The position numbers were made by a program, and so were the translations under genes. Under the pieces are notes generated by a model. That model had not been told where the DNA came from. It made no database searches and was given only the letters and a program-made list of their open reading frames with translations. A DNA stretch of 63,703 nucleotides, counting the filler, from an uncultured Methanosarcinales archaeon (GTDB lineage: Archaea > Nanobdellota > Nanobdellia > Woesearchaeales > UBA12501): the NCBI GenBank assembly GCA_964397315.1. It is 3 parts of 3 records of this genome, joined end to end, with 100 filler letters (N's around TTAATTAATTAA, not from the genome) between each part and the next. Parts side by side here need not be neighbours in the genome. Positions count along the whole stretch, not along the records: positions 27,444 to 46,778 come from CAYNHV010000003.1; 2 more parts are not named here. One strand, 5' to 3'. Positions 29,504 through 38,971 of the stretch are shown piece after piece. Position 1 is the stretch's first letter; the number at the start of each line of letters is the position of its first letter.

Positions 29504-30079
29504 ATGAAGAACACTGCTGAGATTGCTGACTTTTTTTACGAGCTTGGCCAGCTCAAGAGGGTGAAGAGAAGCGGATTCTGGCTTCTCGGAATAGACAATC
29601 CTGAGAGTGTGGCAGAGCACAGCTTCAGGGCAGCGGCAATAGGGCTTGTGCTGGCAAAGATGGAGGGAGCTGACTCATCAAGAGTTGTTGAGATGTGCCT
29701 TTTCAATGACGCTCATGAGAGCAGGCTTAATGACCTCCACAAGGTGGGCCACAGGTACATTGACTTCAGGGCAGCAGAAACACAAGCCCGCAAGGAGCAG
29801 GCAAATGGCCTGGGCAGCATAGGCAAAGAGATTTTATCGCTGCACGAGGAATTCCAGGATCAGGAAACAAAAGAAGCTGTTGTGGCAAGGGACGCTGACC
29901 TTCTTGAGAATGCTGTGCAGGCAAGAGAGTATGTGAAGGCAGGATACAGGGACGCGCAGAACTGGATAGAAAATGTAAAGAAGGTTCTCAGGACAGAGAG
30001 CGCGAAAGAAATTCTCAGGGAGGCAGAGAAGAGAGACCCCAATGAGTGGTGGAAAGGCCTCAAAAAAATAGAAAGATAA
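29504..30079 (+). CDS. HD-domain hydrolase (YfbR/HDDC2-like)
   Basis: LKRVKRSG, ESVAEHSFR, DADLLE; the HD dyad reads ND. Confidence 0.8.
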   Translation: MKNTAEIADFFYELGQLKRVKRSGFWLLGIDNPESVAEHSFRAAAIGLVLAKMEGADSSRVVEMCLFNDAHESRLNDLHKVGHRYIDFRAAETQARKEQANGLGSIGKEILSLHEEFQDQETKEAVVARDADLLENAVQAREYVKAGYRDAQNWIENVKKVLRTESAKEILREAEKRDPNEWWKGLKKIER

Positions 30080-30149
30080 AATAGAAAGAATAATAAGATA
30101 GATAAAAAGATAATCCGGCAGAGGGGCAGGCAAAAGCAGGTGAGAGGCA

Positions 30150-31106
30150 ATGGGCATTTCTATCAGAAAAGCAGCAGAAACAGCGCTGAAGCAGTGTATG
30201 AAACTAAGGAAGGGAGAGACCCTTCTTGTCATAACTGACAGGAAAAGAAAAAGAATAGGTGAGGCGCTGTTTGACAGCGGAATTGAGGCAGGAGCCAGGG
30301 CTGTGCTTGCAGAGATTCCTGAGGGAAAGATGCACGGAGAGGAGCCTCCTGAGAGCCTTGCGGGAATGATGAAAAGCTTTGACGTTATAATGGCCCCCAC
30401 CACAAAATCACTGAGCCACACAGATGCTGTGAGAAACGCCTCAAAGAGCGCGAGGATAGCCACACTGCCGGGAATAACAGAAGAGGTCTTCAGGAGAGGC
30501 ATGTCAGCTGACTACAACAGCATTGCAGAGAGGACCAACAGGATTAAGAAGGCTTTGAACAGGTGCAGGAAGATAAGGGTTGTTACAGCCAAAGGCACCG
30601 ACATAACCATGGGAATGGGCAGGAAGATGGACACCAGAAAAAAGGAGGGGATGATACACAGAAAAGGCCAGGTGAACAATCTTCCTGCAGGAGAGGCGGG
30701 ATTCGCACCTGCACAGGGAACTGCAGAAGGTGTCTTTGTTGTTGACGCCAGCTTCGGAGGCGTTGGAAAAGTGGACAGGCAGGTGAGGATAAGAGTAAAA
30801 AAAGGCTGTGCAGTAAGGATTGAAGGAGGGAAGGCAGCAGAAAAGCTGAGGAAAATGCTAAGAAGATGCGGAAAAGAGGCTTACAACATAGCTGAGCTGG
30901 GAATAGGCACAAACAACAAAGCCAGGATTTCCGGCGTTGTGCTTGAGGATGAGAAGGTCATGGGCACAGCCCACATTGCTCTTGGGAACAGCAGGGGCAT
31001 GGGCGGCAGTGTTTATGCTCCGTGCCACCTTGACGGGGTTTTCAGAAACCCGACAATATACGCGGACAGCAGGAAGATAATGCACAAAGGAAAATTATTA
31101 ATATAA
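30150..31106 (+). CDS. M29-type aminopeptidase
   Basis: NLPAGE, IAELGIGTN, EDEK..GTAHIALG, HLD. Confidence 0.85.
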   Translation: MGISIRKAAETALKQCMKLRKGETLLVITDRKRKRIGEALFDSGIEAGARAVLAEIPEGKMHGEEPPESLAGMMKSFDVIMAPTTKSLSHTDAVRNASKSARIATLPGITEEVFRRGMSADYNSIAERTNRIKKALNRCRKIRVVTAKGTDITMGMGRKMDTRKKEGMIHRKGQVNNLPAGEAGFAPAQGTAEGVFVVDASFGGVGKVDRQVRIRVKKGCAVRIEGGKAAEKLRKMLRRCGKEAYNIAELGIGTNNKARISGVVLEDEKVMGTAHIALGNSRGMGGSVYAPCHLDGVFRNPTIYADSRKIMHKGKLLI

Positions 31107-31135
31107 TGGAGTGAGAGAAGAAAGAGGGTGAGACA

Positions 31136-31762
31136 ATGGAGATTGAAGGAGTCAATATTGAATGGCTGGGCCACGCAGGCTTCAAGGTAAAGAATGACAG
31201 GGTGATATACACAGACCCTTTCAGGATTGAAGGGGGAGAGAAGGCTGATCTCATACTCTTATCCCATGAGCATTTTGACCACTGCAGTGTTGAGGACATA
31301 AAAAAGATAATAAAGCCAGAAACCATAATTGTCACAGTGCCTGACTGCCAGAGCAAACTGTCAGGCCTGGAGATAGCAAACGTAACCCTTGTGAGGCCCG
31401 GAGACAAGGTGAATGTGCAGGGCACCGAGATAGAGGCAGTGGCTGCTTATAACAAGGACAAGCAGTTCCACCCCAAGGAGAATGAATGGGTGGGCTTTGT
31501 GTTCAGGGTCAACGGAAAAAGGATATACCATGCAGGAGACACTGACCACATACCTGAGATGAATTCACTAAAAGACATTGACATAGCCCTTGTCCCTGTG
31601 TGCGGAACTTATGTGATGACAGCAGAAGAGGCTGCAGAAGCAGTGAACAGCGTCAGGCCAAAAGTGGCAATCCCCATGCACTATGGGAGTGTTGTCGGAA
31701 AGAAGGAGGATGCAGAGAGGTTCAGGGAGAAGTGCCGGGTTAGGGTTGAGGTTCTGGGCTGA
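31136..31762 (+). CDS. Metallo-beta-lactamase-fold hydrolase
   Basis: WLGHA, SHEHFDH, YHAGDT, IPMHY. Confidence 0.9.
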   Translation: MEIEGVNIEWLGHAGFKVKNDRVIYTDPFRIEGGEKADLILLSHEHFDHCSVEDIKKIIKPETIIVTVPDCQSKLSGLEIANVTLVRPGDKVNVQGTEIEAVAAYNKDKQFHPKENEWVGFVFRVNGKRIYHAGDTDHIPEMNSLKDIDIALVPVCGTYVMTAEEAAEAVNSVRPKVAIPMHYGSVVGKKEDAERFREKCRVRVEVLG

Positions 31763-31817
31763 TAATATCATTTATTGACAGCAACAACAGTAGAATCTCT
31801 TGTCCATCACCACCACC

Positions 31818-32207
31818 CTATGCTTTCCAGAGGCCGTGGATATTGCAGTATTCCCTTGCTGTCAGGCCCTCTGCAGACTGCTCAAGGCAGAACTCTGCCT
31901 CAGGCTTCTCTCCTGGATAAAGCCTTGCAGATGCAATCACCTTTCCTTCTTTCAACACTTCAATAAGCTTTATGTGGTGCTCCTCCTCCATTGGATGAGG
32001 GACAGAGCCCACCTTAACATTCACCTTATTCCCTTCTGTCTCCGCCACTGGCACGTGCTTTTCCCTGCCTTCCTGCTCCTTTCCCTTTGGCTCCTGCTTT
32101 TCCATTTCCTTATCGCAGCATACGAGACTGCCTTCGTGAGCCTCCAGCACCTCTACAACATTGCCGCATACTGAGCATTTGTATATCGCGTCCTTTTCAG
32201 CCATCAT
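31818..32207 (-). CDS. dfx: Desulfoferrodoxin / superoxide reductase
   Basis: CSVCGN...CC, EKHVP, HPM...HHI, CNIHGLW. Confidence 0.92.
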   Translation of the reverse strand: MMAEKDAIYKCSVCGNVVEVLEAHEGSLVCCDKEMEKQEPKGKEQEGREKHVPVAETEGNKVNVKVGSVPHPMEEEHHIKLIEVLKEGKVIASARLYPGEKPEAEFCLEQSAEGLTAREYCNIHGLWKA

Positions 32208-32213
32208 TTCACC

Positions 32214-32498
32214 TCACTCCCCGACCTCTTCTTTTACTTCCTTCTTTCCTGCTTCAAGCTCCTCAGCCTGCTGCTTGTCCCTGTTGAGAAGCATTGCCTG
32301 GAACTCTCCGACATGGGTTTTCTCCTCCTTTGCCACGTCAAGCAGTATCTCCTTCAGGTTCTTGTCCCTGGCAAGGCCCGCCATCTGCTCGTAAAGGTTT
32401 ATGGCGTCAAGCTCGGCTATTATGGCTGCCCTGAGTATCTCTGTGTCAATGCTCTTCTCATCAATTTTTTCAAGATCTATTGGTATTTTTGAAAGCAT
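32214..32498 (-). CDS. Short ferritin-like protein (EncFtn/Flp-like)
   Basis: AELDAINLYEQ, EEKTHVGE; SD AGGAGGTG. Confidence 0.8.
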   Translation of the reverse strand: MLSKIPIDLEKIDEKSIDTEILRAAIIAELDAINLYEQMAGLARDKNLKEILLDVAKEEKTHVGEFQAMLLNRDKQQAEELEAGKKEVKEEVGE

Positions 32499-32538
32499 TT
32501 TTGCCACCTCCTATTTTTCGGTGTGTTCTGCTGTATTC

Positions 32539-33087
32539 TTACATTCCGCAGCACTCGCAGTCTTCCTGAAAGCACATGCACTCAGGCTCGTAATATTCCC
32601 TTTCATGCTTGCAGGACGGGCATTCCTCTGGAGGCTCCTTGCCCTTGTATATGTAGCCGCACTTGCTGCACTTCCACCTTATGGGCCTCTCCCTTTTGAA
32701 AACAGCGCCCTTTTCCACCATCTCAAGAAGTTTCCTGTACCTTGCTTCATGCTGTTTTTCCACTTCTGCCACTTCCCTGAAGAGCTTTGCAGCCTCATCA
32801 TTCCCCTCCTCTTCTGCATCCTTCTGCATCTTGGGGTACATCTCTGAGTTCTCGTAATGCTCCCCCGCAATGGCTGCCTTGAGGTTGGCCTTTGTGTCGC
32901 CTATTCCTTTCAGGAGCTTGAACTCGTCCTTTGCGTGCTGCATCTCATTAAGCGCGGTCTCCTCAAATATCCTTGCTATGTACAGGTAGCCCTCTTTTCT
33001 GGCTACCTTTGCGAAATAATCATACTTGTTTCTCGCCTGGCTCTCGCCGGAGAATGCTTTTTTCAGGTTTTCCTCTGTTTTTGTCAT
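32539..33087 (-). CDS. rbr: Rubrerythrin
   Basis: GESQARNKY, EMQH, GEHYE, EKQH, CSKCGY...CPSC. Confidence 0.92.
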   Translation of the reverse strand: MTKTEENLKKAFSGESQARNKYDYFAKVARKEGYLYIARIFEETALNEMQHAKDEFKLLKGIGDTKANLKAAIAGEHYENSEMYPKMQKDAEEEGNDEAAKLFREVAEVEKQHEARYRKLLEMVEKGAVFKRERPIRWKCSKCGYIYKGKEPPEECPSCKHEREYYEPECMCFQEDCECCGM

Positions 33088-33203
33088 TCTTATTACCCCC
33101 TAAGATGTTATTATTACTGTCTTATTCCTCTATACAATAGCATATATACATTGTCAGATTACTATTTAACTGTTTTGGTTTCCGGAAAGAAACCATGAGC
33201 AAG

Positions 33204-33251
33204 TCACTTTTTCTTCTTCTTTTTTGACCCGCAATGGCCGCAGCTCATCAT
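33204..33251 (-). CDS. Putative micropeptide MMSCGHCGSKKKKKK
   Basis: GAGGTGA SD at 33253-33259; CxxC plus poly-Lys; 25 nt downstream of ogg. Confidence 0.45.
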   Translation of the reverse strand: MMSCGHCGSKKKKKK

Positions 33252-33276
33252 ATCACCTCTGAAGGGGATGGCTGTT

Positions 33277-33915
33277 TCATTTAAGTATTTTTCCTGTCTC
33301 CATGTACCACAAGTATAGATCAAGCTCTGCAGGGCTTGCGCCTGCCTCATCTGCAAGACGCTTCAGCTTTTCCTCTATAGCCATGTACTTTGAAGGCGTC
33401 AGTGACTTGGGCCTTCTTATGAGCATGTTCCTTGAAAGAATGTCTATTATGTGGAAGTCTATTATTGCCAAGCCCTCATGCCCTGTGTTCCTGAGGAAGT
33501 GGCTTGCCTCCTTGTATCCTATGCCTTTTATGTTTCTGACAAGCCACTCCCGGGCTTCGGCAGAATTTTGCGACGATCTTATCGCATCCTTTATCCTTCT
33601 TTTGTGTTTCCTTGCCTCTGCAATATAACCTGCTCTTTTTGTATGGAACCTGCACGAATGCTGCCTCAGCTTTTCCTTTAGCTGCCTCTCAGGCAGCCTG
33701 AGAAAGCCGGATCCAACCTTGGTGTGGACATCAATGCATCTCTCTGCTGTTGAATTAGCAGTCAGGATGCAGAAGCACAGCTCCCTGAAGTAATCATCAT
33801 CTCCTCCTCTGCCGGTTTTCCTGAATTCTCTCATCCTGCGGTCAACCAGCCTGCCAACCCCGCTTCTCCTGAGCTTCTTAACCTCATCCTGAATGCTTCC
33901 CATGGAATAAACCAC
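33277..33915 (-). CDS. ogg: 8-oxoguanine DNA glycosylase/AP lyase
   Basis: ELCFCILT, KGIGYKEASHFLRN, IIDFH, LDLYLWY.ETGKILK. Confidence 0.9.
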   Translation of the reverse strand: MVYSMGSIQDEVKKLRRSGVGRLVDRRMREFRKTGRGGDDDYFRELCFCILTANSTAERCIDVHTKVGSGFLRLPERQLKEKLRQHSCRFHTKRAGYIAEARKHKRRIKDAIRSSQNSAEAREWLVRNIKGIGYKEASHFLRNTGHEGLAIIDFHIIDILSRNMLIRRPKSLTPSKYMAIEEKLKRLADEAGASPAELDLYLWYMETGKILK

Positions 33916-34200
33916 CTGAATAAATCAACTAATAAACCAACCCCCTGCAAATAAAATATTTGACTAATGGAAATGCCGCCTTTTATATTTTGTCTTTTCC
34001 TGATTCTGCATATGGGATATACCCCTGGAATATGCCTGTGGAATACTGCAAATATTGCATTCAGGAAGAGTGCTGCGGCTGCAGCAGCACCGGACAGTCG
34101 GACAATACCCTATGATAATATTTATATATCATAAGGACATGCAGTAAAACAGTGATATATAATAATATACAAAGATTAAATCGCTAAAAGAGGTGGTAGA

Positions 34201-34956
34201 ATGTTTGACCTTAACGGCAAGACTGCTGTTGTTACAGGCTCGCGAAGGGGCATAGGCAGGAGCATAGCTGAAAGGCTTGCGTATGCAGGAGCCAAGGTTG
34301 TTATTTCTGACATTGAACAGGAAGACTGTGAAAAGACTGCAGGAGAGATTGCAGAGAGATTCGGCGTTGATGCCCTCGGCATCAAGTGCGATGTGAGCAG
34401 CAAGGATGAGGTGGAGAATCTCATCAGCAGGACAATTGAAAAATTCGGCAGGATTGACATTCTTGTCAACAATGCAGGGGTGTTCAAGCTCAAGCCGCTC
34501 CTTGAATTCACTGAAGAGGAATGGATGAAGATCATTGACATCAACCTCAAGGGCACCTATCTTTGCTCACAGGCAGCGGCACGGGAGATGATGAAGAACA
34601 ATTACGGCAAGATAATAAGCGTGGCCTCAATAGCAGGTATTATAGGATTCCAGGGGGCTTCTGCCTACTGCGCGAGCAAGGCAGGAATAATAAACCTGAC
34701 AAGGGAGATGGCAATGGAGTTCTCCAAACACAAGATAAACGTGAACGCTGTCGCGCCGGGAATAATAGAGACCACTATGACAGAATCTATAAGGAACAAT
34801 GAGGAGATGTACAAGAGCATAATGGCCAATGTGCCGTGGGGAAGGCACGGCCAGCCCTCTGACATAGCCAATGCAGTCCACTTCCTCGCTTCTGACGAGG
34901 CAGATTATGTGACAGGCCAGACCCTTGTTGTGGATGGCGGGTGGACAATACATTAA
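34201..34956 (+). CDS. Short-chain dehydrogenase/reductase
   Basis: TGSRRGIG, NNAG, YCASK. Confidence 0.92.
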   Translation: MFDLNGKTAVVTGSRRGIGRSIAERLAYAGAKVVISDIEQEDCEKTAGEIAERFGVDALGIKCDVSSKDEVENLISRTIEKFGRIDILVNNAGVFKLKPLLEFTEEEWMKIIDINLKGTYLCSQAAAREMMKNNYGKIISVASIAGIIGFQGASAYCASKAGIINLTREMAMEFSKHKINVNAVAPGIIETTMTESIRNNEEMYKSIMANVPWGRHGQPSDIANAVHFLASDEADYVTGQTLVVDGGWTIH

Positions 34957-35024
34957 CAGTCCTGATCAGCTACTGGTCAGCCATTCTCAATAAAGGGATT
35001 TTTGGGAATCCTGGGAAAAAGAGC

Positions 35025-35246
35025 ATGGCAAAGAAAAACACCGAGAAATGCCCGAACTGCGGTTCTGAAAACACAGAGCTTGTTGAGTACATGGGATTAA
35101 GGTGCCTTGTGTGCGGTAAATGCGGTTATGACGAGAGGAACGAGCTTGAGACAACGCCCCAGCAGAGGGAAACACAGAGGGAGAAAAGGAGATACAGCCC
35201 TTACAGGAGAGGCGGCAGGATGCTCCGTTCTGTAAAGAGGGGCTGA
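35025..35246 (+). CDS. Small Zn-ribbon protein
   Basis: CPNCGS...CGKCGY. Confidence 0.7.
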   Translation: MAKKNTEKCPNCGSENTELVEYMGLRCLVCGKCGYDERNELETTPQQRETQREKRRYSPYRRGGRMLRSVKRG

Positions 35247-35311
35247 AAGCAGAAGCCATGTTATGGAAGCACACCAAAATATTAATATAGGGCTGAGTCA
35301 ACATACCCCAA

Positions 35312-35857
35312 ATGAAAGATGTTATAAGGTGGGGGCATCCTTTTGAGATAATCTACAAGGAGCATATTGAAAACTATTTTGAAAAGGGTGAACAACCTGA
35401 GGATAATCTCGCGCAGATTCTCCTCAAAGAAATTCCTGTTGCGCTGTATCATGTTAACCCTGATAATCCAGAGCAGTTAAAAACATTGTGGTCTCCTGTG
35501 CATCCTGTAAGATATCATGTGTGGCCGGAGCTTCTTGGAGTTAACCATGACAGATGTGGTGAAGGAATAATCAGAATGGGTTATTCCATCCTGGTGAGGG
35601 ACTTGAGCAAAAGTAACGGAAGAAAGACCTCCTGGCTTCTCCCACGCCAGCCTGAATTTGGCGAGAAAAGATTCTACCTGCACCCTGATGCTGCTTCAGG
35701 GAACAATGGTTCTTCTTTTGGCGTGAGCATGGCCGAAGGCTCAAACATAACGAATGTCTACCTCTGCAGGGGAGACCCGTCAAGGATTCTTAATGAATTG
35801 GAAAGGGAGGGCTTCTCATTCATTAAAGAGCCCATGGGACAACTGGTGAAGGAATAG
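35312..35857 (+). CDS. Hypothetical protein
   Basis: 181-aa ORF behind an AT-rich TATA-like element. Confidence 0.6.
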   Translation: MKDVIRWGHPFEIIYKEHIENYFEKGEQPEDNLAQILLKEIPVALYHVNPDNPEQLKTLWSPVHPVRYHVWPELLGVNHDRCGEGIIRMGYSILVRDLSKSNGRKTSWLLPRQPEFGEKRFYLHPDAASGNNGSSFGVSMAEGSNITNVYLCRGDPSRILNELEREGFSFIKEPMGQLVKE

Positions 35858-36080
35858 GATGCATCCCCACAGGGAAGCTGGAGGAATTTGCCAGGGAAGG
35901 CTTCTAATGATTCCATATTAGATGGTGGAAGGGTTCCGCAGGCTTGAGAGGCTCATTTCTCTCTTTTTCTGCCTGACTCTCCTGCCTGCAGATATAATCA
36001 TCATGCAATCATCATCCCTTCCATCTGAAAGCCATGTTCCTTAAAAACCTTTATAAACAAGCTGTTATACCGGAATTTTG

Positions 36081-38312
36081 ATGAAACGAACCCATACATG
36101 CGGAGAGCTGACAAAAAAGCATGAAAAGAAGAAGGTCACGCTCCAGGGATGGGTGGGCACAAGGAGAGACCATGGCGGCCTGATATTCATAGACCTGAGG
36201 GACAGGCACGGCATCACCCAGATAGTGCTTGACCCGAAATCAAAGGGCTTTGAGCAGGCAGAGCACCTCAGGAGAGAGGACTGCATCCAGGTTACAGGAG
36301 ATGTGAGGCCCAGGCCAAAGGACATGGAAAACCCCGGTCTGAAGACAGGCTACATTGAGGTTTACGTGTCAAAAGAGCTGTTCATACTCAACAAGGCGGA
36401 CACGCCCCCTCTTGAGGTTGATGACAGGAAGGTTGCCAATGAAGAGGCGAGGATGAAGTACAGGTATATTGATTTGAGAAGGCCTGAGATGCAGGAGAGG
36501 CTTGCATTAAGGCACAAGGTGGCTCAGGAAGCGAGAAATTATCTCACTTCAAAAGGCTTTCTGGAGATAGAGACTCCCATGCTTGTGAGGGCAACTCCTG
36601 AAGGGGCAAGGGATTATGTTGTTCCCTCAAGGGTCAACCAGGGAAAGTTCTATGCTCTTCCCCAGTCACCCCAGCTCTACAAGCAGCTGCTCATGGTGTC
36701 AGGCTTTGACAGATATTTCCAGATTGTAAAGTGCTTCAGGGATGAGGACCTGAGGGCAGACAGACAGCCTGAGTTCACCCAGATTGACATGGAAGCAAGC
36801 TTCGTGGACGAGGAGGACATATTCAGCATCGTAGAAGGGATGATGTGCAGGCTGCTTGAGATAATAGGGGTTAAGGTAAAAAAGCCTTTCCCAAGGATGA
36901 CATACCGCGAGGCAATGGAGAGGTACGGCTCTGACAAGCCGGACACAAGATTCGGGCTTGAGCTTGTTGACGTGACAGACATTGTTAAGGATTCAGATTT
37001 TGAGGTTTTCACAAAGGCAATAAGCTCAGGCGGAAAGGCAAAATGCATTAATGCAAAGGGATGCGCGGAATTCTCAAGAAAAGAGATTGAAGAGTTGACT
37101 GACTTTGCCGCAATATATGGGGCAAAAGGCCTTGCGTGGATGAAGGTCAATGACAAGGGAGAGCTTGAAAGCTCAATAATGAAATTCTTCCCTGAGAAGG
37201 TGCAGAAGGAGCTTGCCGGAAGGACAGGCGCGGAAAAAGGCGACCTTCTCCTGTTCGTCTCAGACCACAAGCACTTTGTTGTTGACGACTCCCTAGGGAA
37301 CCTAAGGCTGAAGCTGGGTGAAAAGCTCGGCCTCATACCAAAGGACAGGTTCAGCTTTGTGTGGATCACAGACTTTCCGCTTCTGGAGTATGATGAGGAT
37401 ATGCAGAGGCACATAGCAGTGCATCATCCTTTCACATCCCCAAAGGAGGAGGACCTGCCGCTCATGGACAAGGATCCCTCAAATGTGAGGGCCAGGGCGT
37501 ATGATCTCACTCTCAATGGAGTTGAGCTTGGAGGGGGTTCAATAAGGATACGCCGGAGGGAAGTGCAGGAGAGAATGTTCAGGGTTCTTGGAATAACAAA
37601 AGAGGAGGCAGAGCAGAAGTTCGGTTTCCTCCTCAACGCTTTCAGGTACGGAGCTCCCCCTCATGGAGGCATTGCATTCGGCTTTGACAGGCTCATAGCG
37701 CTCATGGCAGGAGTGCCTGATAATGACATCAGGGAAGTGATAGCATTCCCAAAGAACAAGGCAGCAGAATCCCCTGTTGACGGAGCTCCCACAGACATAG
37801 ACCCTGAACAGCTGAAGGAGCTGAGCATCAAGTCCACTGCTGAGGAGAGAAGCGGCGTGTTTGAAAGAATAAAGGACATGCTTGACGCCAAAGGCATTGA
37901 CTATGAAGTTCTGGAGCACGAGCCGGTGTTCACCTCAGAGAAGGCTGCTGAGGCAAGGGGAACAGGCAGGAAGCAGGGCTGCAAGGCGCTTGTCGTGAAG
38001 AAACAGAAGGGGTATGTAATGGCTGTCGTGTCAGGAGACAGCGAGCTTGACCTCAAAAAGCTGTCCTCTGTAACAGGGGAGAGCAGGTTAAGGCTGGCCA
38101 ACGCAGAGGAAGTAAAGCAGGTGACAGAATGCCACATCGGGTCAGTCCCTCCCTTCGGAAACCTGTTTGACATTCAGGTGTATTTTGACAGGGCAGTCAG
38201 CAGGAATGAGACAGTGGCTTTTAGTGCAGGCTCTCACACAAGTTCAATAAAGATGAAGTACAAGGACCTTTTGTCAGTCACAAAAGGCAAGGAAGCGGAG
38301 TTCTCCAAATGA
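36081..38312 (+). CDS. aspS: Bacterial-type aspartyl-tRNA synthetase with C-terminal YbaK/ProX domain
   Basis: RTHTCGEL, RRDHGG, PQSPQLYKQ, FRDEDLRADRQPEF, GAD insert, PPHGGIAFGFDR; then EH..VFTS..AA, KALVV, GSVPPFG. Confidence 0.92.
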   Translation: MKRTHTCGELTKKHEKKKVTLQGWVGTRRDHGGLIFIDLRDRHGITQIVLDPKSKGFEQAEHLRREDCIQVTGDVRPRPKDMENPGLKTGYIEVYVSKELFILNKADTPPLEVDDRKVANEEARMKYRYIDLRRPEMQERLALRHKVAQEARNYLTSKGFLEIETPMLVRATPEGARDYVVPSRVNQGKFYALPQSPQLYKQLLMVSGFDRYFQIVKCFRDEDLRADRQPEFTQIDMEASFVDEEDIFSIVEGMMCRLLEIIGVKVKKPFPRMTYREAMERYGSDKPDTRFGLELVDVTDIVKDSDFEVFTKAISSGGKAKCINAKGCAEFSRKEIEELTDFAAIYGAKGLAWMKVNDKGELESSIMKFFPEKVQKELAGRTGAEKGDLLLFVSDHKHFVVDDSLGNLRLKLGEKLGLIPKDRFSFVWITDFPLLEYDEDMQRHIAVHHPFTSPKEEDLPLMDKDPSNVRARAYDLTLNGVELGGGSIRIRRREVQERMFRVLGITKEEAEQKFGFLLNAFRYGAPPHGGIAFGFDRLIALMAGVPDNDIREVIAFPKNKAAESPVDGAPTDIDPEQLKELSIKSTAEERSGVFERIKDMLDAKGIDYEVLEHEPVFTSEKAAEARGTGRKQGCKALVVKKQKGYVMAVVSGDSELDLKKLSSVTGESRLRLANAEEVKQVTECHIGSVPPFGNLFDIQVYFDRAVSRNETVAFSAGSHTSSIKMKYKDLLSVTKGKEAEFSK

Positions 38313-38959
38313 CACGCCAGAAAGGAATAATAAAACCAAAACTTGTGGTATTTGACCTTGACGGAGTGATATTTGAGCATGATAATTTCTACAGCCAGAT
38401 GCATGAGAGGTACAGCACAGAAGAAAAGGGCAGAGCCCTTGAGAGAAAGTACCTGAAGAGCAACACGCAAAAGCTGGCAGAGCTTGTGATAGGAAAGCTC
38501 TGGGCAGGAAAGAGCGACAGGGAATACTGGAGCCTGATAGAGAAAGCCAGATTTAATCCAGGAGCTGAGGAGGCAGTAGCAGAGCTGAAGAGAAAGGGCA
38601 TAAAGACGATGATACTCACCTCTGCTGTTGAGGACCTTGCCAGAAAGGCCCAGAAGGAGCTTGGCATAGATTATGTGGCTGCAAACTGGATGGAAACAAA
38701 AGAGGGGAAAATAACAGGCAGGTTCAGGTGGAGGATATTATGGGACGGCAAGGGCCTCATTCTGGAGGACTTCTGCAGGGACAATGGAATAAGGCTTGAG
38801 CAGACCGCATGCGTTGGGGATAATGAGAATGATGTGTCCATGATGAGAAAAGCGGGCTTGAGCATAGCATTCAATACCCGCTCTGAAACACTGAAAGAGC
38901 AGTGTGATGTTGTGATAGACAGCAATGACCTTAGGGAAATACTTAAATATGTCAGCTGA
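38309..38959 (+). CDS. HAD phosphatase, phosphoserine-phosphatase-like
   Basis: FDLDG, ILTS, K, VGDNEND. Confidence 0.85.
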   Translation: MTRQKGIIKPKLVVFDLDGVIFEHDNFYSQMHERYSTEEKGRALERKYLKSNTQKLAELVIGKLWAGKSDREYWSLIEKARFNPGAEEAVAELKRKGIKTMILTSAVEDLARKAQKELGIDYVAANWMETKEGKITGRFRWRILWDGKGLILEDFCRDNGIRLEQTACVGDNENDVSMMRKAGLSIAFNTRSETLKEQCDVVIDSNDLREILKYVS

Positions 38960-38971
38960 AAATTCCATTTC

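Noticed and set aside
29834..30502. Long antisense or alternate-frame ORFs (also 36677-37414, 55674-56396, 8883-9470, 23075-23659)
   Set aside because: Shadows of well-supported genes with no motifs of their own.
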